Of a DNA stretch of 64,000 bases, positions 21,201 through 33,200 are shown piece after piece (within the stretch, counting starts at the first letter, position 1; the number at the start of each line of letters is the position of its first letter). The notes beneath the pieces were generated by a model. That model was given only the letters and a program-made list of their open reading frames with translations. It was not told the DNA's origin and made no database searches. A program made the position numbers and the translations under genes. The stretch is from a candidate division FCPU426 bacterium (GTDB taxonomy: Bacteria > Oederibacteriota > JAAXVQ01 > JAUVAV01). The stretch is from assembly GCA_040756875.1 (NCBI GenBank), contig JBFLYH010000001.1:992001-1056000 (forward strand), written 5' to 3'.

Positions 21201-24200
21201 CAGGCCGTGCCGCGCAATTCCACTGTGCCTTCCACCTGGCTGCCCCAGGCCGGAGCGTCCAGGCGCGCGGTCGGGGTGGTGGTATCCACCTCGACCTTGC
21301 CGCTGCGATAGGCCTTCAGCGTGTTAGTGCCGATTGTGGCCGTGGCAGTCAGATTGAAATAATAATCCCCGTCCGGGGCAGTGGTTATTGCGTCCGCCAG
21401 TTTGCCGTCCCAGACCAGGGTGGCAGTATCAGGACCGGCTGTTTCCTGGTACGCCAAGGTGCGGATCTTGGTGGTTTGTCCGGCTGGATAGATATCGCAA
21501 TCCCAGACAGCCGCTTGCGGCAGGTAAGCGGTCAGGGTATAGGTGTCCAGCACGCCGTCGCCATTGGGCGAGATCAGGGGGTATCCGGGATAGAGCTGGA
21601 GCACAAAATCGGAATCATTAATCAGGGTGTAGGTCCGGGTCGTCTCGCTGCGGTTTCCGGCCTCGTCCTCAGCTGCCAGCCGCAACTCCCAATCACCGTT
21701 CAGACCCGAGCTGTCGACAACACCCAGCAAATCCTGCGGCCCGGCCATGGGTCGGCCGCTGGCTGTCAGGGTATTCCAGAGGCTAGCCCCCACGGGTTTG
21801 GCGAACAGCCAGTATTGCGAGAAATGCTCGTCCGTCGCTTTGCCGAGGATACTGATCGAACCCGTCACCTGGCTGAAATCGCCAGGAGAAGAAATACTCA
21901 CGTCCGGCGGCGTGTTGTCCACCGAGACCGGGCGGTTGGTCAGGGTCCAATTCCAGGCCTGATCATATGCCCAAAGCTTGGAGGTATAAGTGCCATCCGG
22001 CGCCACGACGCCCAGGTTGGTTTTTCCATCCCATGTCTGCTCGACCGAAGTGCTTGCTGCCAGGGTATTGCCGTCTGCCAGAGTGCGGATCACCAGGCTG
22101 TCCGACAGGCGTACAGTAAAGTCGCCGTTATAATGGTCCAAATCAGGATCTTCGTTTTTGTGGGTGATGATATTTTCAATAAGCACATCCGTCCGGATCG
22201 ATCCATCCGTGGAGGTGGGAGTGATTGACCAATAATTGATTTTGACTCGATTGGCGATTTCCGGCGGCAGGTATGCACCCGTGCTGTCGAACACGTTGCG
22301 CGGCTCGCCGGCGCCCGCAAAATTCAGGCGCACTTCGTCGTTTTCCTTGCGGAAGGTTTGGACAGGCCTGGTGCTAAAAGGTTCGGACGACGAGCAGGTA
22401 AAGGTAACTCCGTTGGGCAGGTATTGGCTGCCAGGCCAATCCAAGTTGTATTCGAAATAGGCGGAAATGGTATTTGTAACCTCTTCATGGGTTGCAGGAT
22501 CATAGAATTTTATCGTTACTTTTTTCACTTCATCCAGCGCATCGGCATTGTTGGAGTTGGGTATGCTGCCCGGCAGGTAGGCGAAAGCCACGAACGAGTT
22601 ATGCAGGTAATCCGCCGTAACCACGCGGCGTGGCGAGGTTATCGCCCAGGGTAAAACTGACGTACCCGCGCCATCTATAGGTTCCGCAATAATATGGAAG
22701 TCATTGGCATAGGGGTCTGTATAAGATATCGTGGACCCGTAGTCAATACTGCCATCCGCACTATAAAACGCGGCATAGACAGTGTTGGTGTTGGTGGTCA
22801 CAGTTATAGGCGCCTCGTGGAGAGTCTCTTTTTGATAAATAGTTTTTGGCGCAACCAGCAAGTCATTTAACCGCCTTGAATAATATCCTTTTTTATGATG
22901 TGTACGCACATTAGGTTCTTCCCGCCAAGATTTCACAGCAAGATATTCCGGCGGTATAGGATGATCTCCCTGATAATTCCCAAACTGGTCGCTCCAACCC
23001 CATAAAAGCTCCCGCTCATCCCCTTCCTGCATATAGGGATCATATTCTTGGTATTCTCCGTAATTTATCAGTTCAAACCTTATGGGATACCATTGCCCTG
23101 CGGCCAATAAAGTATCTCCACATGGTTCCTGCATACCCGATTGATGGGCATCGATTATTTTTTGATTGCCAATCCACAAAGCCACTTTTTCGCCATAGGT
23201 TTTGACTTTGAAAGTATAGGTCTTGTTATAAGGTGTATAAAGTAAGCCGGTCCAGCGCACGCTGAAAGCCGCATCCGCGTTTACTTGCGGCAATGGCGTG
23301 CCTTGGCTGTTGTCATCCGGATTAGGCACATAGATCGGGCCTTCGTGGTCAAAAACATGCGGAAAGGGAGTGGTGTTGGGTTGATCGTCAATCCAATCGT
23401 AAAACACAGTAGGCGTGATCGTGGTAGCTGCCAGGTCCACAAATCCCGTATCCTGATAATATTCGGTGTATAGGCCTCGACAATAAGTATCGCGCCAAGG
23501 AGCCGGCTGATCAGTATTCGGATCCAAAACGTATCCACTACTATCATGCGCGTAGGTTAAGGCCGTGATGCTGTTGCCTTGAACCAGGGCGGTTATGCTG
23601 TCGCCGTTAGTTTCAACCATATACTTTGCCGTGTAATAGGTGGGAGGAAGCGTTGGCGGCCAATTCTCGCGGTAATGCAAATTATAAGCGGAAGGACTCA
23701 CAGGCACGAATGTGCCTGCATATTTCCCGGTATAATTATCCAGTGCGTTCCATACGGCATTACCAGTCGTGCTGTCATCAGTCACATGGATTATGCTCGG
23801 CGTCCGGCTGTACCAATACTGCCTGGGTATTGGTTCCCAAGCGCCTTCCGGCCCCTGGTTCCACTCAAGTTTGGCAACAGCATAGTTAGGCAGGCCCGTA
23901 TTATTTTTTTCGAACATATCATATTGCAGTCCATCGAGCTGGTCTCTATTAATCGCCGAATGGCTCTCATATATCTGACTTACCGGCAGGTCGTCATAAC
24001 GTTCATGCCAATCTTCAATCATAGCATTGATATTATTTGGGAAGCTTAAATCAAAAGAGGACAAGTATTGCCCATCATCCGATGTGGCGCGATAAATCAG
24101 TGTTTGTTCATGAGGTGGAATGTACAATACTCCACGCCATCTGGCTTGGAATCCATCTATCATCGGGCCATAATCCGGTGGTCCGTTTTGAACTCCCTCC

Positions 24201-27200
24201 GGCCCTCCCAATCCCCAATCATAATAGGGTGTATCTTCAATTCTCGTTTCAACAGGACCGTAAGGATCAACTTCAAATGGCCCAATTGAAGAATACCGAT
24301 CAAAATATTTCGCCTCTACGCCATCCCCCAAGCTGGGAATGCCGTCCAACCCCCAGCACTCAAAATCTTTAGTCAAAACCCAATTGAATTCAACGGGATC
24401 ATACGCGACTCCTCTTTCAAGTGGAAAAACAATAGTAGGTGGTATTGTATTATTATCTATCCCTTTAACCTCCACCCGACACGTAAACGTCACATACTCA
24501 TAATTTGTCCTCTGGCCTTCAACTATCACCTCATACTCAAAGGTCTTAGGCGGGTAGTATAGGCCCTGCCCCTCAGCCTCCCAATTAAACCGGTCTGCTT
24601 CGCCTACGATCTTGTGAGTGATAACCGTTTCCTCGGCAGGCGTAACATAGGTTATGGCGGTCTCATCTTTTATCCCATCACTATTAGGCGAGAAGATTTC
24701 AGGGTTGATGGTTATACTCCCGAATTCAGCGGGAGAAGTAATATCCAAGGTTACCGGCCCGCTGTACGCATAGGCCGAGTTCCCTGCTTCGTCTACTGCC
24801 AGCACCTCGTAGATATAACTGCCTTCAGGCGCGGTAATTCCGCCGGAATCCTTGCCATTCCAGACCGCGGCATGAGTATTTCCACCTGCAACCGAAGTAT
24901 TATCGAGTAATTTTAATATTGGATTATTAAGATTGCCAGATGGGCAGACTTTCACTGTCATTTGCGGCGTTTTGTCCGTATTATCCGCGCAGAAATATTT
25001 CAATTCATTGGTGTCTTTAAGCCCGTCGCCCAAAGGCGGGTTGGGCGAGAAAGGAGTGTCTATGTCCACTGACACCACGTTGACTTCAGGCGGCGTCTTA
25101 TCCACCACCACGCCGGCATACCCGGATTCTCGCGCCGGATTGCCGGCCGGATCCTGCGTAGTTATTCTGAAGAAATAAATGCTTTCGGCCATTCCGCTCA
25201 GGTCCCAATCAACCTGGTTCCATTCGGCACCATCAACCGCAGAATCAACGGTTTTCAGAGCATTGGCCGGGTCATTGTAGTTAAAAATGCTGATAGAGGT
25301 ATGGAAATTGAAGCCAGGAGTATTCTGCAGATTATCCCTTAGGAAATACCGGATAACCACATGGTCATTGCCGCTGCTCCCGGACAAAACCCGCGGCGAG
25401 CTGGAAACATCGAATACTTCCGGGGCCTGGTTGTCCACATAAACAACCCCGCGGCTTTCCGGCCTGTAGGACGTGGAAGGATTGCCACTGTTGTCCTTGC
25501 AGGTCACCAGCACGGTATAAGATCCGTCCGCCACATATTGCCCTGCATTGTCTTTTCCATCCCACGATGTTATATGCGCGTCTCCCTGCGGCAGACTGGC
25601 ATACTGCGCCAAATCGCGGACCAATTGCCCGTATTTGTAAATCCGCAGCCGGATGTCCTTAAGGGGGCCGCTTATGCCGTCACCGGAAGTCACCTCATCA
25701 TAGAGGCTGAATTTTATCCGGGCCACGTCGTTCTGCCCCACGCTGGTCGGGCAATTGGGGGTAATAGTGTTGGGCAAAATATCCACAATCGAGGCCAGGG
25801 GCAAGGCTGTGTCATTGGCTACAGAAACCGCAATATTTTGCGGTTCAGCTGGGTTGCCAGAAGTATCAGTGGCAACAACCCGGAAGGTATAGGTTCCCTC
25901 TGTCACAGATTGGTGGGCGTCATTCAGCCCATCCCATGAAACCGAGTGGTAACCCGGCGATTGGCGCAGATTAGACTGGATTACGCGCACCATGCCATCT
26001 GGGTAATCTGTGTTTCCCATCTGCGTAATCTTTATAGTTACATCAGCATCGTCGTTAATGTGATAAGTTAACTTCGAGGAACCACCGTGTGACGAGAAAA
26101 CCCCGGGCATGACCGACAGCCTCGAGATGGTAAGTGTGGTTAAATCCACGGCCACTTGGCAATATTTGGTTATGGATGAATTGCCGGCCTCGTCTACTGC
26201 TTTAAGATGGACAGTATAAACTTTCTCCGATAGCCATGAATCATTGAGTACCGAACCGTCCCATATCAAGGAATGCTGCGCGGGGGCGGTCAGGGCCAAA
26301 GGATCGCCAAGGCGCCACACAATATTGTTATCAGCATCCCTGACGGTTGCCGTTACATAGGCATACTCAGAAAGAGCAAAGGGAACGCCAATCGTATCAT
26401 TGATGCCATCATTGCCTGGCGAAAAAGCGCCCAAATCAGCAATGGTATCCGTGATTTCCGGCGGAGTCAGGTCCAGCCATATGGATTTAACCTGCGAAGA
26501 TTCAGGCGAAATATTGCCCATGCTGTCTGCCACGAACAATCGGACCGTGTAAATACCTTCGGGGTACGTTGTTCCATCTGCCTTCAACCCATCCCACGTG
26601 ATTTCCTCAACTCCCCCATCCCCCCTCTTTGCCAAAGAGGGGGCTAGGGGGAGTTCCTGCGTCTCCATCTCATTCCCACTTGTATCATATAGCTTGTAAA
26701 TAACCGTGGCCGGTTCATCCAGGCTGAACCTTATCTTGGTTTGGTCCTTCACCCCATCCCCATTGGGTGAAAACTTGGGGTTCAGCACTTCGAACAGCGT
26801 GAACTGGGCGGGCCGCAGGTCCCGGTTCACCACGCGCATGGCCATGGGGCTGTTCTCGAGATTTTGATATTTTACATATAGGTAATTATCCCCCTCAAAA
26901 GGCAAGTTAATAGCCAAGCTATAGGCGCCAATAGTATTGAGCCCGCTGATTGGAGTGGTGATGGCAAAGGTCTGCGTTTGCAACACAGGCGGCGTGGAAT
27001 CTCCGCCCCCCTGGTCTGCATATTCCGCGTCATCATCCACCCAGCATTCCACTTCCTGCCCCACAGCGCCAGTGCCGTCAATGGCAATGCCGGCTACATT
27101 CACCGGCGAAACCGGCTGATCCAAGGTAATGTTGGCCGGCAATGGGCCACCCTTCAGCACCAAGTAATAGGAGAAGTGCTGTACGCTGGCATAAGCCACG

Positions 27201-30200
27201 ATCACATAACCAGGATCGCCATTCTCAAACTCATCCTGATAGGAACCATTTGTCGGCGGCTCGTAAGAGCCGTCCACCAGTTTATAATAGGAAATATCCG
27301 TGCTTAATGGCTCCAATTCGCCTTCGGCGTCCATATGGTATATGGTCATGATATTCGTGGAACCGATCAAACCATATTCAACCGCTTCTGCATAAGTAAA
27401 CCGGAAGGTCAAGGTAGGCTGATCTTCGGGATCGTTAAATTCGATTTTCTTATCCGCCTTAATTTCAATCACCGGGCCAAGCGGAATGATGGCGGGTTTA
27501 ACCGCCACTTTAGCCTTGGTCAAAGGCACGGAATTTACGGAAACTACCGTGTTTTCCTCAAATGAACCGGGTTTGAACTGCAGGGTGGAGCGTTTATACG
27601 GATCGTGCGCAATGCTATGCTCGGGCAGCGTGGATCCGGCCTCGATATATTTCCCAATCACCACCTCGTCCGTGGCGGTTGCGGCTCCGCCCTGGCCGTT
27701 GACAGCGCGCAACAATACCGTGTATCTGCCCACCAAGTTGGTCACATCCCAGTAGCCAAGCACGCCAGCCGGGTAGTGTGCAATCCGATCCGCGTAATCC
27801 GGATCAGCGGAATTCATGATTAAATGCCAGCCGTCATCATCATAATAGTAAATCTCATAATGATCCAATCCCGCCCCGCCGGCTGTTCCCCTGATTTCCA
27901 CCAGCCACTTCCCGCCCGGGCTTTCAACCAGTTTAAACTCAAACGCGTCGGTAAATTCCTGGCCTTCGTGCGTGTGGAAGGTGTTCTCATGAAACGCCCG
28001 ATTGTAGATTTGAAAATCCTCGCATAAAGAACCGTCCATATAGCGCGTTTGTATTTTCCAATCCGCGATCGAGATTTCAGGATTGTCTTGCGGCGTGGCG
28101 CTTACCCCGCCATAGCCGGTCGCCCAATAGGTGTTAAGGCCGTAAATACTATGGTTGGTTTCAGCCGGATTCTGATTGCTAAAGGGGTATAATTCCTTGA
28201 GCAAATACATTTTAGGCGCCGAATCGAAAGTCATGGAATCCGGGGCGCTGACAATCAATCCGTTGGTATTATTCAGGGCGGGATCGTCGGCTGTGGACCA
28301 GTACGTATCAAAGTCCTTCCCATTAAAATATACTTTTTCAGTGCCATTCGCGCCCAGATAGATATCAGCTTGCTTCCCGGGCAGATCGGAGAGATTGACG
28401 ATGTCGCCGGTGTTAAAACCTTCCAAGGTAATATTCTGTATTTTCTTTTCCTTGCCCGCGACGCCGGGTTGGCCGGTTTCAAAGGTTATAGGTGTATCGC
28501 TGCCATTGCCTTGTTCCACAATCTCAGGCCCGTAGGTATACAGCACTCCCTGGTTGAAGTCCTCCAAGGGGTCAATCTCGTATGCATAACCGTCCACAGC
28601 CGGATCATACCTGAGCCATTGGTTGGTTTTCCGCACCCAAGAGGCGTTGCCCGGCTCGTCGCCGTAATTAATAAAAGATTTGTCCGGATTGAGCTCCATA
28701 TAATTGGAATTGGGCGAATAATATCCCACTTCCCCAACCTTGGGGAAATAAGTTTTATTCCAATGTTTGTCCGGGTTTCCATTAAGTTCATTCAATATGA
28801 AATCTACAATGGTCCGGTCTTTCTGTTCCGAGGGGCTAAAGGGGAAAGGCGCTTCAAATACCGGGAGCCATAACTGGCTGTGAGCGCGGAATTTATGGGG
28901 CCCGATTTTATCGAATAGTATCCTGTTCCTGTCATTCAGGGTTGATTTCCCGGGCGTATAGCTCAAGGGCGCTTCATCCGCTGGCTTCCAGGTCTCCCCG
29001 CTGGATACCGGATACAAATCGTAGCGATAATGCGGCCCATCGGAAAGGTAACTGGCGTATTCGGGCGCGAACATAAGATAAGTGTTAAAAGGGTCCTGCG
29101 TGTCGAAATCATTTTCCGCGGAATTCCAATAGTTTACATATTTATACTTGCACGGCGAGGCAATATCCTTGGTATCAGCAACTCCTTCAAGCGTATAGTT
29201 GATATAATAGTGTTTGGTCGAGCCATCCCGGTATGGAAATTCCGGCACATCACCCGGCCTTGTCAGATCGTCGATTTCCGAACCGCCATCCTTGATGGTG
29301 ACGATTTCTTCCCCATCGCCAGGCGCACCGTAATAGTAGCCGTTTTCCGAGGCCCATTGGGTAAAGCGGTTGGTCAGATTGTTGAAGCTGAATGCCGGGT
29401 CCCAGCCTTGGTATTTTATTTCGCTGTTCCAAAAGCGTATTTCGGCGTTATCCCAGCCGTCCTTCGCGCGGATCATAGGCGTTTCGTTATACGGCGAACT
29501 GAACGCGAAGTTTCCCATTTCCGAGGCTGATTGAGTGACTTCTCGCTGGTTTTGAACGATGTCAAAATGCAGGACATCAAAGAGTGCGTCTAGGCCAATG
29601 GGTTTAATGGCAACGGAATAATGTGCGCGCTGAATATCCTCTTTGTAATAAGCGGTGTTAAGCCAATTATTGTATTTTGCCGGACTCAAGTAGGAATGAT
29701 CGAATATTAGCTTCGGCTGACTACGGGTGAAGGTATGGACGCGGTTATTCAATTCCGAGGGATAGTAGCTATGTTGCTTTTCCCCGTCCAATAGATAATA
29801 ACCTATGAATTCCGCGGATACTTTATAGTCTCGTTCCCTGTAAGTGAGCAGGCCGTCATTCGGCGCCGGAACGGCCGCCATGGCCGTGACCGCATCATAA
29901 TATTTCCTGGCCTTGGTCACAAAAGGCACAAAGGGATACTGAACGATGGTTTGCGTGCCAAAGGCATGCAGGGTGTATTCAAAGGGAATGGGCGGATACC
30001 AATTGCCTTCGCCGAAGATTTCCAGATAATAGCTCGATTCCCCGCGAATGGAGGGTATGCCGGCAATGGGCGTTTCCGTATTGCCCACGGTTTCCAGCGA
30101 GGCGGAGACACCGGCGCCTTGCGCGTTGTTAATGGTCACATTGTACTTTCGATCAATCGTTTGCCCCGGATCATCCGTCGCCTGCGCATGCAGTCTGAAT

Positions 30201-33200
30201 TGATAGGCGGCGTTGCCCACCGCCAGCAGCAGCCTGCTGTCGGCTGTGGGCGAATTGCCCCGCCATTGCACGCTGTGTTCCCATTCGCCCCCGCCCTGGC
30301 ACAACACGCCTTGCGTCAGGGTGCACACCGGCGCATCGCCATTATTGGGATCAATAACATCCACACTCACCAGCGCGTCTTTAGACAGGATAAAGCGCAG
30401 GCTGCTGGACGCCAGCGCCGTATTGCCGCTTCCCAGCCCCGCGTAGGTTGAAAACACCGGAGGATCGACGTAAGCCTGGATCAAACTGAGCGGAGAAGTT
30501 AGCTGGATGTTTTGCGAGGCCTCGGCATACCCCCGGTTGCCATAGCCCACGGCGCTCAGGACGAACGTATAAGGGCCGTTGGGCACCATGGCGCCATAAG
30601 GGTCTTGGCCATCCCATGTGAACTGCTGCTTGGTTTTCACATAATATTTAGTCACCACATTGCCGCTGGTCTCGGTCTGGCCATAGATATTGATCCAATC
30701 CGGGTGTTCCTGGGTCAACGGCGCCCCATTGTTGTACAGGTCAAAGGAAACCCACTCGCCGGTTGTGGTGAAATCAAAGCCTTCAAGCGCGCCTTGGGTA
30801 TGTTCCTGGCTGTCAGCCAGACATTCAAATCCGATATTATTGCCGGTTTGATAAGTGATGCCCTCTTCATTTTCCCTGTCGAATATCACGTTGGTAACTT
30901 TAAAGAGACCGTCGGTTTTCAGTATCCCGGCAAACCTATATGCGTTCCGAGTATTTGCATCTCCGTCGCCGTTGATGCGCAGATGCCAGGCTTCATTATC
31001 CTGCCATACATAGATGCCGCAGGAATCCGTGTTTTGGTTGATGGGAATAATGGATTCAAAGGGAGGTTGGGCGTCTATTTCCCTGTCGTTTACGCCCAAT
31101 TGGACTTGATGGGATACTTGACGATTGCCGGCATCGAATATAGTCAGGCTGACATCCGCCTGATTCACGTCCTGCAAACCAAGAGTATAATCAATGGCCA
31201 ACTGCGGATCAGTGGTAAAATTATGGCTGGGAGGCGGGTTGGAGAATTGCACAGTTATAACCGGATTCGGAGCACTAGGATCATTGGCAGGAACCGTCTT
31301 ATCCACCAAAGCTACGGCTGTATCCATCATGCGAATGCCGGCGAGCGTTTGCCCCGAGCTATCCACAGTATCTTCTTCCAAATCCACCAACAGAAGCGTG
31401 TATTCGCCGTCCGCCAAGTTTTGTGCATGCCAATACCCTAAAACGCCGTTATTATCCACGGTTCTTAAGGATATGTTTTTTTCGCTCTCGCTTTTTCGGT
31501 TGATCACCGGCACTTCGATTTCCGAGGTTTCCCAGGCGGACAGGTCAGCCAAGGCGCTTGGTGCCTCATGCTGGCCAGAACGATAATACAAACGATATTC
31601 CTTGAATTTAGCCGGATTGGTTCTGACAGGGTCCAGAGCCAAGCCGCGAATGACCACCGTATTATATAGTTTTTCCGCCGGATCGTCCGGGTAGCTGATA
31701 TAAGGCGCCACGCCTTCTTTGATAAAATCCGCGTATTTGGTCACATGGCTGCCATGGCTGTCCGTGGCGGTAATGACAAAAGCATACCGGCCCATGGGAA
31801 CCGGCTGCGAAGTCTGCGAATCATTGCCATCATACTCCACTGAATGGGTTTCAATCTTAACCGCGGGATTAGCCAATACCATGGCCGGATCAAATACCCT
31901 GACCGTGCCGAGATCGTCTTTCTTGACCACTTTAATTTCCACGTTCACTGGATCTCCCTGAAATTCCGGAATGTCGTCCGCCTGGCTGATGGTGTAATAA
32001 AGATTTACGTTCGCGCCTTCTCCGGCCAGCACGTACGGTTGCACGGCGAAATCCGTCACCAGCGGCGGTTTACGGTCCACGATGATGCCGGCGATGGATT
32101 CCATAACGCCCACATTACCCGCGTCATCCTCGGGCACGAGCATCAGGGTGTAAACGCCGTCCGGGATATTCATGAAGGGATTGGTCAAGTCCCAGGCAAA
32201 ATAATTATTGGGATTGGTTTGGTAGATGGGCTCGTTATTTTCGTCCACATCCACCACGCGTCTATTTTGCGCATAAGCCCGTTGCGCGCCGTAGTAGGAT
32301 AGGTTTTTTGTCTCGTTATACATCACGAATTTTACCGAGCAATCCCCATCCACCGAATATTTGACGTAAAAGCCGTTAAAATCATTGTTAACCCGGTTGT
32401 CCGTGATCGGCGTTTGCGCCGTGTCCATTCTAAGCAGGGTCAGGCCGGGCAAAATCACCGGCGGCGTGAGGTCTATTTTAAAGGGTTTTGTCTGCCCGCC
32501 CTGGTTCCCGGCTAAGTCCTTGGTTTCGACGACCAGCTCATAGTCGCCCGCAGCCACGAACATGGGATGGTCTCCGGAAGTTTTATAATCCCAGCTGAAC
32601 AGGGCCGATCCAACGGAGCGGGTTTGCATGGTTTCGGAATAAACCGCGATATGATCCCCTGCGCGGCGTATCGTTATCCGCGTTTCGCTGAGCAAAGGCG
32701 ACAGATTGTCGCTGATTTCATACCGCACCCGCAACCGTTCCGGCGCTTCAGGCGCCGTATGGGTGAAAGCCAGATTATCCGCCATTTTAATATCCACCAA
32801 CGGAGCTTCGTCGTCAAAATAGAACCCCCAGGCGCTTTGGCTCTCCTTGCCCACCTCGTCTTTGGCTTTGATCAGGATGGTGTAGTAACCGTTGGATAGA
32901 TCCGCTTCCTGCGCAGCCAGGCGGAAGGTCAGCTTTTCAGGGGTAACCGCAAGTACTTCGGCATCCAGGCTTTCCGCTTCGGCGGTCGCGGTGTTCACTT
33001 TCTGCAATGCAATGCCGATATTGCCAGCGGGTATATTATTGTTGATGTCCGTATTGTAAATAATGGCGGACATCACCGGGCGTTTTTCCCTGATAAAAGC
33101 CTCATACGTGGGATAATTCGGCGCGATCTGGATGGGCATCATGTCCAGATTGATCTGAAACACCTGCCTGGCGATTCCGCCATATTTGTTTTCCGCGACC

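Noticed and set aside
22110-30040. Large in-frame inserts as inteins
   Set aside because: No N-terminal Cys/Ser with Hint block motifs, no C-terminal His-Asn, and no LAGLIDADG motif seen.
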